DNA of 64,000 nt from an uncultured Fibrobacterales bacterium (GTDB lineage: Bacteria > Fibrobacterota > Fibrobacteria > Fibrobacterales > CAWVXU01): NCBI GenBank assembly GCA_963934255.1, contig CAWVXU010000001.1, positions 30,686-94,685 on the forward strand, in the 5' to 3' direction. The notes below the pieces were generated by a model that was not told the origin of the DNA, did no database searches, and worked only from the letters and a program-made list of their open reading frames with translations. Of this stretch, positions 50,828-61,088 are shown piece by piece (the first letter of the stretch is position 1; each line of letters starts with the position of its first letter). The position numbers and the translations under genes were made by a program.

Positions 50828-52645
50828 CTATCTTTTCCGAGCACGGTTTTCTTTCGCCTGAAAACTTTGCTCAATCCACTCAAGGTCTTGATCCTTGAGC
50901 TGTGTGAGGTTACCGTTAAGAGCAGTCAATACAGTAGGGACTAAAGAGGCCCCAGCCATCTTAAATGGCTGAAGTACGTAGTCAGCACCGTCACTGTATA
51001 ATACCCGAGCTTGAGATTCATTTTCTGCTGTTAGGATGATTCGTGAATTAGGGCACAGTTGCTTTAAAATCTGGGAGAGCTTTAAATTGTTGGTCCCGTT
51101 CAAGTAGGTATCTGTGGTCGGACAAATTACCAATTGAGCATTTTCAATACCGGCGTGTTCTAAGGTGCCTGAGTGAGCTACATCGCCATAAACGCAGGGG
51201 ATACCTTCACGCTCGAGGCTTAGTTTGGACACAGGATTGTAGTCAATGACCAAAATCTGATCTTTTAAATGTTCATGTTTATGGATAATTTCTTCCACAA
51301 ATGCTGCAGCAATTTTGTGATAACCTAAGATAACCACAGGTCGAGATTGAATTTGCTTAGCGTTATCATTGGCTTTGGCATGCTCTCGGTAGCCGAGTAA
51401 ATTAAACGCACTTCGCACTACTCGTTCAAGATAATCTGAGCTTTGAATTGTATAAGTAGAAGTGACCGCTAGTATACAGAAAGTCCAGATAATATAACCG
51501 AGTGTTGAGTCTGGAATGTGCCCAAGCTGGATCCCTATGGCTCCAATGACTAAACTAAACTCAGAAGTTTGAGAGAGGTTGAGAGTGGACTTCGTGGATG
51601 TCCGTTGACCGGCGCCGATTATAAATAGAGGAATGAAAACAGCAAAAATGCGCAGGAAAATCAAAGTCTGGGCTAAGATAAAAGAAATGAAGATGACGTT
51701 GAAAGTTGGGAAGGGGATTTGCATACCTAAGGCCACAAAGAACAGGATCATGAAGAAATCGCGAATGGAAACGACTCGGTTATATACCTCCACGCTATAA
51801 GGGAAGGTCGCTAGTGATATACCTGCAACAAGTGCACCCATCTCCATATTCAGGCCCACAGCTGGATGACTCGCAATAAGGCTAACCATAAAACACCAGG
51901 CCAATGAAAGAATCAGGAGAAGCTCTGGTTGTTTGGCGCTAAATTGAAAAAGGCGAGGCAATATATACTTAGAAGCTAAGAGTGTGGAACCCACTAAAGT
52001 GAAGCCCCAAAGAGCTTTATTTGCCAAAACCATGATTTGGACATCGCCCAAAATCGGTTGAATAGCAAGAACGGTAATAGCCCATAGATCTTGAAAAACC
52101 AAAATACCTAGAGTAATTCGACCCGGTAGAGTATCTAGTTCGTGTTTCTCATAAAGGAGTTTGACGGCGATCATGGTGGAGCCAAGGCCAAGAGCCAGCG
52201 ATAAATATAATATGCCTATGTCATTAAGAGCAGGGTCGAGTATAGATAGTCCCATGCCTTTGAGTAAGAAAAATGCGATAAAGACAGTCAGAGGAAATTG
52301 AATAAGTCCAGGTATGACGACCATTTTACCTGCGCTCATCATCTTATTGAGATTAATTTCCAGGCCAATCATAAAGAGAAGTAGAATCAAACCTAGCTCG
52401 GCAATAGAATTCACCTCAAGCCCACTAGAAATGAACCCAAAGCCGATCGGGCCAATAGCTACACCTGCAATGAGATAGCCGAGTAACATAGGTTGACGTA
52501 AAACTTTCATGATGAGCCCGAAAACACCGGCCGCTACTATGCAAAGCGCGATGTTGTAAATCAAAGTATAGCCGGTTTCACCACCACCTGAAGCCCAAAG
52601 TGGAGTCAGTCCGAGTACGAAAATAGAGAAAATAATTTTTTGCAT
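50828..52645 (-). CDS. CPA2 cation:proton antiporter with RCK/TrkA-N domain (Kef-like)
   Basis: AELGLILLLFMIGLE, LVFQD, FFVALG, SEFS, YGD, GADYV. Confidence 0.92.
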   Translation of the reverse strand: MQKIIFSIFVLGLTPLWASGGGETGYTLIYNIALCIVAAGVFGLIMKVLRQPMLLGYLIAGVAIGPIGFGFISSGLEVNSIAELGLILLLFMIGLEINLNKMMSAGKMVVIPGLIQFPLTVFIAFFLLKGMGLSILDPALNDIGILYLSLALGLGSTMIAVKLLYEKHELDTLPGRITLGILVFQDLWAITVLAIQPILGDVQIMVLANKALWGFTLVGSTLLASKYILPRLFQFSAKQPELLLILSLAWCFMVSLIASHPAVGLNMEMGALVAGISLATFPYSVEVYNRVVSIRDFFMILFFVALGMQIPFPTFNVIFISFILAQTLIFLRIFAVFIPLFIIGAGQRTSTKSTLNLSQTSEFSLVIGAIGIQLGHIPDSTLGYIIWTFCILAVTSTYTIQSSDYLERVVRSAFNLLGYREHAKANDNAKQIQSRPVVILGYHKIAAAFVEEIIHKHEHLKDQILVIDYNPVSKLSLEREGIPCVYGDVAHSGTLEHAGIENAQLVICPTTDTYLNGTNNLKLSQILKQLCPNSRIILTAENESQARVLYSDGADYVLQPFKMAGASLVPTVLTALNGNLTQLKDQDLEWIEQSFQAKENRARKR

Positions 52646-52707
52646 AGGCTTATTATAACATTTTTTCCTCATAAAATTTATTTTCCTAAAAAAAGGAGAT
52701 AACTATC

Positions 52708-53166
52708 ATGATTCAATTGATTCAATCACTGTGCCAAAACAATCAAATTCAAATCCGAGCATTAGCATTAGTTGCCCTTAGTGTCATCTTGACTGCATGT
52801 GCAGCTTCAAGTGAATCCACTGAGACCAGCGCGACTTCTAGCTCCAAAGAAGCTTTATCCTATCCTCGAGGGTTTGACGAAAGAAGTCTTGAGTTCTTAG
52901 AGTGTCCTATCAACGGAATGAAATTTCGTCTAGCGACTGAAAATCAATTAGCTAATCTCAATCAAGCGATTGAAGATTTATCACTAGGTGACCTCAAGGG
53001 ATCTCCTATCCGTGGCTACTTGCATGGGATCATCATCCGCACAGACGGTAAAGTTGCCTATAGAGTGAAAGATGGTGCACCCATTTTATCTGAAGCTGAC
53101 GCGATTGACCTAGTCAACACAGCCAAATCAGATCCGGATAAATTTAACAATATGGGACGCCGTTAG
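52708..53166 (+). CDS. Lipoprotein carrying a Trm112-like domain
   Basis: LTAC lipobox; LEFLECP...LN.AI...DGKVAYRVKDGAPIL...AI. Confidence 0.7.
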   Translation: MIQLIQSLCQNNQIQIRALALVALSVILTACAASSESTETSATSSSKEALSYPRGFDERSLEFLECPINGMKFRLATENQLANLNQAIEDLSLGDLKGSPIRGYLHGIIIRTDGKVAYRVKDGAPILSEADAIDLVNTAKSDPDKFNNMGRR

Positions 53167-53168
53167 AT

Positions 53169-53582
53169 ATGAAAGCTCTTATTGTCATTGATCACGGTTC
53201 ACGAAATCCGCTCGCCCACTATGAGCTGCTGGCCTTTGTTGAAAAAATACAAGCTCAGATACTAGATCATCCCCAGAATTCGACCTTTCAAAATCTAACA
53301 GTCCGCGGTGCTCATTTGGAGTTAGCGGAACCTCATATAGATATAGTTGTTGAAGAACTGCATCAAAATGGAGTTAGAGATTTCGCTATCCTTCCTTGGT
53401 TTTTAGCATCAGGGCGTCATTTGTGTGAAGACATCCCGGAACTCGTCTCAATTCTTCAAGCCAAATACAAGGATTCAACTTTTAGTCTCAAGAAGCATCT
53501 AGGCCAAGAAGCATCTTTAGTGAACCTAGCTTTGAAAATGTCCCAAGTGTCAACGGAGTCAAAACCATCTCAGGATGCTTGA
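53169..53582 (+). CDS. CbiX/SirB-type chelatase (single domain)
   Basis: IDHGSR, LELAEP, PWFL..GRH..EDIP. Confidence 0.88.
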   Translation: MKALIVIDHGSRNPLAHYELLAFVEKIQAQILDHPQNSTFQNLTVRGAHLELAEPHIDIVVEELHQNGVRDFAILPWFLASGRHLCEDIPELVSILQAKYKDSTFSLKKHLGQEASLVNLALKMSQVSTESKPSQDA

Positions 53583-53607
53583 TTCCCAAGCAAAAAGGAA
53601 ATTCAAT

Positions 53608-53943
53608 ATGTGTTTATTTTGTAAAATAGTTGCCGGTGAAATCCCTGCCAAAAAAGTATTTGAAAACAATCGAATTCTAGCTTTTGAAGACATCGCGCCT
53701 CAGGCTCCGACTCATGTGTTGATCATCCCAAAAAAACATATTGAGACTCTCATGGATGTACAAGCTGAAGACCAAGAAGTTTTGGGTGAGATGATGATTG
53801 TGGCTCAACAAATAGCCAAAGACCAAGGACATGAAGAAAAAGGTGCAAGATTTACCATGAACTGCAAGGATTTTGGAGGCCAAGAAGTTTATCATATTCA
53901 TCTGCATCTTCTGGCTGGTCGTCAAATGTTGAAGATGGGCTAA
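53608..53943 (+). CDS. hinT: Histidine triad nucleotide-binding protein
   Basis: CLFCKI, DIAPQAPTHVLIIPKKH, GQEVYHIHLH. Confidence 0.93.
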   Translation: MCLFCKIVAGEIPAKKVFENNRILAFEDIAPQAPTHVLIIPKKHIETLMDVQAEDQEVLGEMMIVAQQIAKDQGHEEKGARFTMNCKDFGGQEVYHIHLHLLAGRQMLKMG

Positions 53944-53945
53944 TC

Positions 53946-54707
53946 TTGCAAAAACAAGCCTCAATTGTACTTCACAAATACCCCTATGGTGAAAGCTCAT
54001 TTATCCTCAAAGTATTAACTGAGGATTTTGGTTTGGTGTCTCTTATTGCCAAAGGTGCCAAGAAGCCTAAGTCACCTTTTTATGGACAATTTGACGCGCC
54101 CCATTTACTCGAGCTAGTTTATTATGATAAGGCTGGGCGACAGCTCCACACCCTCGGGGAGACGAGTCTTATTAAGTCAAGATCACATTATCAAAATGAG
54201 CTTATGCACAGTGCGTTGACCTTGGTCCTTCGAGAAATTATTTTAAAATCAATTCACGAAGGCGAAGGTGCTCATGAAATTTTTGAGTTGCTTGATGTTA
54301 GCCTGAGTTGGTCCGAGGCTCAAGAAGTCATTACGCCACTTCAAAGTTATATCATTCTCGGTCGTTATATCTATAGGTTTGCTCAAATCATGGGCTTTGG
54401 TATTCAGTATGAAAACTGTCAAAATTGTCAGACCAAATTAAAGCTTGATCGCTTACATCACCTCGATTTTAGTGAAGGTGGATTTTTGTGTACTGAGTGT
54501 CAACTCGACCATATCCATATAGAAATCCCACCCTGGCTGCAGGCTTGTTGGCTCTTATTAAAAACCCCCTCGAGTTTACAAGAAGAACACATCCACCTTC
54601 TGTCTGATGTGGAGGAAATTTTGATTAAATACCTTTGGGGACACCTTCATATATCCAGTAAAATAAAAAGCCGCGACTACCTCAACCAAATAAGAATGAT
54701 GGTTTAA
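53946..54707 (+). CDS. recO: DNA repair protein RecO
   Basis: YGES..I...T..FG......KGAKKPKS; CxxC...GG..CxxC zinc finger. Confidence 0.9.
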   Translation: MQKQASIVLHKYPYGESSFILKVLTEDFGLVSLIAKGAKKPKSPFYGQFDAPHLLELVYYDKAGRQLHTLGETSLIKSRSHYQNELMHSALTLVLREIILKSIHEGEGAHEIFELLDVSLSWSEAQEVITPLQSYIILGRYIYRFAQIMGFGIQYENCQNCQTKLKLDRLHHLDFSEGGFLCTECQLDHIHIEIPPWLQACWLLLKTPSSLQEEHIHLLSDVEEILIKYLWGHLHISSKIKSRDYLNQIRMMV

Positions 54708-54723
54708 TTTCTATATTAAAAAT

Positions 54724-55524
54724 ATGATGTCAAATCCATTTTATAAAACCAACCCCCAAGGCTCAAGCGCTAGTTCGAATATCCATCCGATCAGCGTATT
54801 GACGGCTTATGATTACCCGAGTGCTAAGCTCGTTGAAGAAGCAGGTGTAGACGTGATTTTGGTGGGTGATTCACTCGCTAATGTGGTCCTAGGATATTCT
54901 TCCACGAGAGATATTGGTATGATGGAGATGCAAGTCTTTACGGGCGCCGCTAGACGCGGAGCACCTGATACTCATATTATTGCAGACATGCCTTATGGTT
55001 CAGACCAGACGATTGCACTTGCCATAGACAACGCCAAAGCGCTCCTGAGCGCTGGTGCCGATAGTGTCAAAGTCGAAGGCAATGATTTCAAAGTTATTGA
55101 GGCGATGATCCAGGACAATATCCCTGTGATTGGCCACCTAGGTCTCACACCACAAACTGCAAGCTCTTACAAGCAAGTCGCTCAAACTTCATTAGAAGCA
55201 GAGCAACTTCTGAGCGACGCACATCAATTAGCTACTCTTGGTTGTTTGGCTTTAGTCGTCGAACACATTCCTCATATACTTGCAGCTAGGGTCACAAGCG
55301 AAGTTTCGATTTGTACCATTGGGATCGGAGCAGGAGTGGATACAGATGCTCAGGTCATGGTGTTTCATGATGCGCTCGGATTACTAGGGTCATATGTACC
55401 ACCGATTGCCCATAAATTCATCTCGGGTCATGACGTGCTTCGAAATGGTATTGAGCAATATGTAAATTGGGTGAAATCACGCACCACATTAAAAGAGTTA
55501 AAAGAGTTTGAGAGATTGAATTAA
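54724..55524 (+). CDS. panB: 3-methyl-2-oxobutanoate hydroxymethyltransferase
   Basis: LTAYD, LVGDS, ADMPYGS, VKVEG, GHLGLTPQ, IGIGAG. Confidence 0.96.
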   Translation: MMSNPFYKTNPQGSSASSNIHPISVLTAYDYPSAKLVEEAGVDVILVGDSLANVVLGYSSTRDIGMMEMQVFTGAARRGAPDTHIIADMPYGSDQTIALAIDNAKALLSAGADSVKVEGNDFKVIEAMIQDNIPVIGHLGLTPQTASSYKQVAQTSLEAEQLLSDAHQLATLGCLALVVEHIPHILAARVTSEVSICTIGIGAGVDTDAQVMVFHDALGLLGSYVPPIAHKFISGHDVLRNGIEQYVNWVKSRTTLKELKEFERLN

Positions 55525-56741
55525 TTTGAATCAAACGGGCCGTCACCTAAAATTTTCACCAGGACTTTTTGGTTTTTCCCACGGAATGTTTTGACCATTG
55601 TGGCCACGCCCAGGGTGTCATGGTATGTTTGTTTACCCATGTATTGATCAGCTTCATAGTTTAATTTTTGAGAAATCTGTCCATTAGGATGCCATACGAA
55701 CCAGGCGCCATCTTTGAGATTGTTTTTAAAGCCACCCTCGGCCACCAAGGTTTTGGGATTGAGACGAAACCTTTTAGCTGACACCCTTTGACCTAAAGCC
55801 CAAACTTCTTCCTTATAATAACCCTTTTTGTTTATGCTGGTAATTAAACCATTGAGTTTACCAAAACGCCAAGTACTATCAATAGATACGGAAATAGAGT
55901 CAGAGTCAGAATGAGAATCCGAAGTAATAGAGTGAGAATAACTTAAAGACCCATTGCCTAATTTGAAAATAAATTTTTTACCTCCATGAGTTTGAACTCC
56001 ATCAAGAAAGCCTTGTTTGTAACGGCGTACTTTGGTGGTATCACCTAGTGCGTTCATCCAAACCCAGGTCGCGTCACGAAGTTCTTGAGATGTGTCGCCG
56101 CCCGTATAATGAAATTCCTTAAGTACATGACCGAGTAAGTCATACTCAAAATAATCACCATTTTTTACAAGCTTAGGAGTACAGTCGTATTTAACCTTGA
56201 GTTGATTATTGTGGAAATATTCTCGATAATCACCATAGTCAAAACAATTGTGTTTTGATTTTAAAGACCCATCAAAGTACCAGTTTTTTTCGAGATTAAT
56301 TTGTTTTCCTTGTTTGAAAAATGCTTCAGACTTCACAATCCCTTGAGGCCAGTATTTTCTCCAAACTCCATCTTTGTATCCTTTGAAGTAATCTCCTTTT
56401 TCTAAAATTTCAGTTCTTGATATGTAGCTTGTCCAAGTCCCTACTTTGAGTCCCTCCGCATATTGCCCCTCTTCCACTAGCAATCCTGTGGTGGTCCAAC
56501 GTTTGAAATCTCCATGGGCTAACCCATTTTTCATTGCAAGAGTGGAGGCTCTGATATTATTCATATGAAACTTTTTCACCATAATCAATTCAACCATTTG
56601 ATCTGACTCAAAGACCTGAACAGTTTGTTTGAGGCCATTCGGGTGAGTTGTGGTGATTTTATCAACAGGGACTTGGCAGGCAATTAAAAAGGAACACGCG
56701 CATAGGCCGATAAGCAAGCGCTTGACCTTGACCTTACTCAT
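55521..56741 (-). CDS. MORN-variant repeat (YwqK-like) lipoprotein
   Basis: LIAC lipobox; repeated G.K.G.W..Y/W...G units. Confidence 0.8.
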   Translation of the reverse strand: MSKVKVKRLLIGLCACSFLIACQVPVDKITTTHPNGLKQTVQVFESDQMVELIMVKKFHMNNIRASTLAMKNGLAHGDFKRWTTTGLLVEEGQYAEGLKVGTWTSYISRTEILEKGDYFKGYKDGVWRKYWPQGIVKSEAFFKQGKQINLEKNWYFDGSLKSKHNCFDYGDYREYFHNNQLKVKYDCTPKLVKNGDYFEYDLLGHVLKEFHYTGGDTSQELRDATWVWMNALGDTTKVRRYKQGFLDGVQTHGGKKFIFKLGNGSLSYSHSITSDSHSDSDSISVSIDSTWRFGKLNGLITSINKKGYYKEEVWALGQRVSAKRFRLNPKTLVAEGGFKNNLKDGAWFVWHPNGQISQKLNYEADQYMGKQTYHDTLGVATMVKTFRGKNQKVLVKILGDGPFDSN

Positions 56742-56893
56742 GTAAATTGAAAAATACCTTTGCACCTGAGACTCCAAATTATGTATTTTAAAACAAGATA
56801 AACAATGTACCTTGGGTTGACCTTATTTTCATTCTACATAAAATTCACTATCGACTACTCAATCGCCCTGGTAACTTTATATTACTGGGGCTG

Positions 56894-57319
56894 GTGGTCT
56901 ATGTCCTGGTCTGGTCTGTATGGTTTATTAAGCCATTATATAGCGCCGAGGGTGAGCTAGAAGAATACTATGGCAAAATAACTCGGATCAAATCGGTCCC
57001 TCTCATCAATCGATATTCTGTGAGATTACATGACGAGCGTCAGGTCTTTGAATTCTTTCTTGACCCGATTAACACTCAGGTTTTTCGGTTAAATATACGA
57101 CAGGACTCGCATTATCGGATTATCGGTTGGCGCATCAACAAAACAGACTTTTTAGGCATACATATTGAAAATAATGATTTTCAGCTAAATTCTCAGGCCT
57201 TGATCAAGTATCATGACCAAGTCAAAAGCATCTTACTTTTCTTTTGGACTATGGGGCTTTTTGTCATCGCCCACATACTTTATATGGAAAAACGCTATTA
57301 CTCGAGCCGTGCGCAATGA
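56894..57319 (+). CDS. Hypothetical membrane protein; start uncertain
   Basis: Terminal hydrophobic segments; frame stays open about 30 codons upstream without a canonical start. Confidence 0.5.
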   Translation: MVYVLVWSVWFIKPLYSAEGELEEYYGKITRIKSVPLINRYSVRLHDERQVFEFFLDPINTQVFRLNIRQDSHYRIIGWRINKTDFLGIHIENNDFQLNSQALIKYHDQVKSILLFFWTMGLFVIAHILYMEKRYYSSRAQ

Positions 57320-57322
57320 ATT

Positions 57323-57337
57323 TGGCATAAGATTTGC
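57323..57337 (+). promoter_or_regulatory. Sigma54 (-24/-12) promoter
   Basis: TGGCAT-aagat-TTGC with exact GG-N10-GC spacing, upstream of AAGGAG RBS and ATG 57366. Confidence 0.85.
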
Positions 57338-57365
57338 GTATATTTCTTCCTAAGGAGACAGAATC

Positions 57366-59084
57366 ATGGATTTTCGACATATAATCACCCTTGGCATGCT
57401 AATTATCATGCAATTCACATTCAGTTTTGGTCAAAGTAGCTCTAATAGGTCAAATGACCAGAGCTCAAATACATCTAGCTATAGTCTTTCCAATGGAAAA
57501 GCCAAAAAGGTCAAGCCCATATTGAGAAAGCGTACGCCGACTCTAGCTATATTACCACTCACCAATGCCAATCCGGTTTCGCGTAAGGTAGGCTATGGTA
57601 ATTCAATTGCTTCCATGCTGCAAACTCAGATTAGAAACGAGACCAATTTCTTGGTTCTAGAGAGGTCTCAACTCGGTGAAATCCTCAATGAGAAATCACT
57701 TGCTGGGATGGGATTGACAAGAAAAGAACGCATGGATCTTGAAAAAATTCATTCAGTCGAAGTATTAATGTTGGGTGAGGTCTCTGAACTAGGTAATTTA
57801 ATCCAAATAGACGTTCGCCTAGTCTCAGTCAAGACAGGTAAAGTAGTTGTTGCAGAGTTTGTTGAAGTAAAAGACCTCTCAAACTTGCGCAATAAAATTA
57901 CCGAATTAGCCAAGACTATTGAGTTGAAATATCTCAGACAGTGGATTGGCTCTCTTGAAATTGGAGTGGCACCAATCGAAGGTGAAGTTTATTTAGATGG
58001 AGCGTTTATCGGTAAAGCTTCCCAAAAGAAATCACTCAAACTCGATAAGTTACTAGAAGGTGATTATCATCTCAAAATCATCGCCGGTGGTTATGAACAA
58101 TACGAAGAAGTCGTCCATATCTCGGCTAAAACTCAAGTCAAAAAATCCATCCCACTTAAATCCCTGCCCGGTTCACTCAAAATCGAATCAAGCCCCGTAG
58201 GCGCTGAAGTTTGGATGAATGAAACGATGATGGGTAAAACTCCACTCAAACTCGAAGACCTCAGTAAAGGTCAATACTTTGTAGTCCTCAAATCTGACCA
58301 ATATCAAGACTTCAGAAAACAAGTCACAATCCTTCCAGGTAACACATCTGAAGTGCGTGCGACTTTAAAAGTCGTACCGGGTTCAATTTATTTGAGCTCA
58401 TTACCTAAGGGCGCTACAGTGCATCTGAATGGTACACTTGTCGGCCGTACCCCTTTACTTTTAGAGAACATTATCCCGGGTACTTATAATGCATTGATTG
58501 AAAAGGATGACTACCAAGAAGTTAACCAAACCCTCGTCGTTCGTCCGAGTGAGCGACATCAGGTCACTGCTAGCCTTGAGAAACAAATGGGTAAGATGAC
58601 CATCGTTAATGATCTAGAGGAATGTACTGCGCAAGTTTATCATGGAGACTCACTCATTGATAGCTTTGCACTTCCGATTCATAAAAAAGAACTTGAGATA
58701 GGATCTTATCGTGTAGAGATTAAGCGTCCAAGTTATTTCCCCATCATCAAAAATGTGAACATCGTCAACAAACAAGAAAGCCGTCTCGAAGTTTCTATGA
58801 TGAAAAAACCAGGGACTTTACAGATCAAACAAACTCGTCTTCACGCAGCTGATATGTACTATAACGGTGACTATCAAGGTAAAGTCAGTGAAAGATCTCA
58901 AGAGCTAAAAGAAGGTCAATACGAAATACTTGTGGACGACTTTTTTCATACTCAAAAACAATCAGTTACAATAGAAGCCGATAAAAAAACTGAACTCGAG
59001 CTTGAGTCAAAAGACAACTCACCTCATAAGTTAGTGATACCGCTCGTCACTGCATTCTTTGTCACTTTATTGTTTTTCATTTAG
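57366..59084 (+). CDS. Exported CsgG/FlgO-like domain plus multiple PEGA repeats, hydrophobic C-terminus
   Basis: LAILP, F.VLERSQL..IL.E, IDVRLVSVKTG; I.S.P.GA.V..NG...G.TP repeats. Confidence 0.85.
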   Translation: MDFRHIITLGMLIIMQFTFSFGQSSSNRSNDQSSNTSSYSLSNGKAKKVKPILRKRTPTLAILPLTNANPVSRKVGYGNSIASMLQTQIRNETNFLVLERSQLGEILNEKSLAGMGLTRKERMDLEKIHSVEVLMLGEVSELGNLIQIDVRLVSVKTGKVVVAEFVEVKDLSNLRNKITELAKTIELKYLRQWIGSLEIGVAPIEGEVYLDGAFIGKASQKKSLKLDKLLEGDYHLKIIAGGYEQYEEVVHISAKTQVKKSIPLKSLPGSLKIESSPVGAEVWMNETMMGKTPLKLEDLSKGQYFVVLKSDQYQDFRKQVTILPGNTSEVRATLKVVPGSIYLSSLPKGATVHLNGTLVGRTPLLLENIIPGTYNALIEKDDYQEVNQTLVVRPSERHQVTASLEKQMGKMTIVNDLEECTAQVYHGDSLIDSFALPIHKKELEIGSYRVEIKRPSYFPIIKNVNIVNKQESRLEVSMMKKPGTLQIKQTRLHAADMYYNGDYQGKVSERSQELKEGQYEILVDDFFHTQKQSVTIEADKKTELELESKDNSPHKLVIPLVTAFFVTLLFFI

Positions 59085-59093
59085 GAGCTTGAC

Positions 59094-59885
59094 ATGAAAA
59101 AATTAAATATTAAAACGCTTTTAGTGGTTGCAATAATACTACTCACGATGAACGCTCCGATAATTGCGAGCATCAATTACTTTGGTAGCAACGGGTATAA
59201 CTTCACACCCAGTGCTTGGATTAACAAAGAAAAACCTTATGGTGTGGCAGTCGATGCCAAGATGAAATTCTTTAGTTTGAATTATGTTATTCCAAATAAA
59301 GATCTTGAAATTGGTTTAGCATCATCAGCAGGCTGGACGGGTTCTAATGGATATGAGAAAAAAACTTATGTCGTTCCGATTGTACCTTCGATCAAACTAG
59401 GAATCATTCATGATCAGGCTGGTATCACGCGATGGGGTTATTCAATCGGATTGAATATGCCTTATGGCTTATATAATACAGCCACAGTCCACTTGGCCTT
59501 TCCTTTCTTACAGCCTGAGTTTTCTCTAGGTATAGGGATGCCAAATCTTGATAAATTCTACCTCTTTGGCGCAAGTCAAGTCATGATCGCAAATCGTAGT
59601 GGAGTAGAACTTCCATTTGGATTTATCGGTGAAGGTGCTTGGGGTGCAACTGGCGGAGTCGAGTCGGCCCCACTCGAAAGATACTTTGCTTTGGGTACAA
59701 TTCTTAAGCTCGGTCACAACATGAGCTTTAATGCGACTTATCGTAAAGACCCAATTAAATACACCAAAGAAATTGATGGAATAATTGATACTAATTTGAC
59801 TCAAAATAAAGATGGCGAAGTTCGTCTGCGCCTCATATGGAAATTTAATGGAATTAAGAATGCTGCCAAAAGAGGAGTGAAATAA
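59094..59885 (+). CDS. Hypothetical exported protein, probable beta-barrel
   Basis: Signal peptide; GSNGYNFTPSA N-terminal motif; amphipathic strands. Confidence 0.6.
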   Translation: MKKLNIKTLLVVAIILLTMNAPIIASINYFGSNGYNFTPSAWINKEKPYGVAVDAKMKFFSLNYVIPNKDLEIGLASSAGWTGSNGYEKKTYVVPIVPSIKLGIIHDQAGITRWGYSIGLNMPYGLYNTATVHLAFPFLQPEFSLGIGMPNLDKFYLFGASQVMIANRSGVELPFGFIGEGAWGATGGVESAPLERYFALGTILKLGHNMSFNATYRKDPIKYTKEIDGIIDTNLTQNKDGEVRLRLIWKFNGIKNAAKRGVK

Positions 59886-60892
59886 TGAAATATTTTTACC
59901 AAATTATTGCAGTAATGAGTCTTTGTGGTTCATTTGCTTGGGCCATCAGTTCAGCTGAACAAAAACAAAATGCTTACCAAACTCATTCTTTGGCACAAGC
60001 CGAATACAGTAGTGCAAATCAGCTCTATCGGGGGTTAAGTCACGCAGACTTTTCGGCACCAGCTTCAAGAACAGCATTTTTGAGTGAAGGACATGTCGCG
60101 CTGAATCATTATCTCACTAAGACTTCTAACAACATGTCGTTTTCTGCGATGACTCCTTATTTCAAACTCGGTGTCTCTCAAAGAACTTATAATTTAAACA
60201 CCAACAACCTCATACCTGATACAACCCAATCATCTGGAATATTATTTTCTAGCAGACCCTATCTAGATAGTCTTGATAATGTCAAAATTGAGTCGATGAA
60301 CATAGGGACTGGCGCTCATCTAGGTGATTGGATGAAGCTCAATTCTTTTGATATCGGATTGGGTCTTGAATACGAATTTGTTCAAGCCAAAGACGAAGCT
60401 CGAGATACCGTGACGTATGAAAGAAGAAACCTTATACCTAGTTTAGAATTTCAATTAGGCTTGTTTGATCTTGTGGCGGCTTATCCCATCACGTCAGAGG
60501 GTGCAGAGAGTGGTCGTCAAGATTATATCGGCCGATTTCATTTCCAAGATCAATGGGAATTTGCTGTGGGGATGAATAATATTGTCGATACAGATATTTA
60601 TCATTACTATGTCTCAACACACAAAGAGATGTACCAAATGATTTCTTTAAAAGCTCAGCTTGAATGGGTTTTTCATTATGGTCAAGCAGAGCCAGTCCTT
60701 GAGCAAGTGGTCGCTCTAGGCACAGCCATTCGTTTCCGTCCGGTGGAGAGATCAAAAGTTTCAACATGGATGTACAAGATGGCAAGCTCAGTTCCGACTT
60801 GGATGTATGATTGGGAAGTCGGCGCAGATGTCGTGGTTCACAGTATTCAAGATGTCACTGAAGTTCGTCTGAATGTGGGTAGATACTTCTAG
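59885..60892 (+). CDS. Hypothetical outer-membrane beta-barrel protein
   Basis: Signal peptide (AWA); C-terminal RLNVGRYF beta-signal. Confidence 0.65.
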   Translation: MKYFYQIIAVMSLCGSFAWAISSAEQKQNAYQTHSLAQAEYSSANQLYRGLSHADFSAPASRTAFLSEGHVALNHYLTKTSNNMSFSAMTPYFKLGVSQRTYNLNTNNLIPDTTQSSGILFSSRPYLDSLDNVKIESMNIGTGAHLGDWMKLNSFDIGLGLEYEFVQAKDEARDTVTYERRNLIPSLEFQLGLFDLVAAYPITSEGAESGRQDYIGRFHFQDQWEFAVGMNNIVDTDIYHYYVSTHKEMYQMISLKAQLEWVFHYGQAEPVLEQVVALGTAIRFRPVERSKVSTWMYKMASSVPTWMYDWEVGADVVVHSIQDVTEVRLNVGRYF

Positions 60893-60954
60893 TCTCAATC
60901 AGGTGATAAAGAATGAAGTTTTATTTTTGAAATAATATTTTATAGCATCAAGTA

Positions 60955-61005
60955 TAAATTAAAAAAGCACTCAGTCTGAAATGGACTGAGTGCTTTTTTA
61001 ATTTA
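60955..61005. terminator. Bidirectional intrinsic terminator
   Basis: TAAATTAAAAAAGCACTCAGTC / GACTGAGTGCTTTTTTAATTTA. Confidence 0.9.
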
Positions 61006-61088
61006 AAAACACCTGCAATGATAAAGTCAATAACACTGCGTAATGAGTCAATTCAAAGATACGAGGACATCTAAAGAGTCCTAAATAT

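Noticed and set aside
53677..54000. Antisense and nested ORFs in the track (e.g. 16809-17282, 25732-26103, 53677-54000, 63394-63663)
   Set aside because: They overlap well-supported genes and show no motifs
55895..55940. Short SDSHSDSD microrepeat as a contingency locus
   Set aside because: Degenerate, in frame and too short
55521..56741. Toxin-antitoxin locus implied by YwqK-like repeats
   Set aside because: No adjacent toxin; MORN-variant lipoproteins are common on their own
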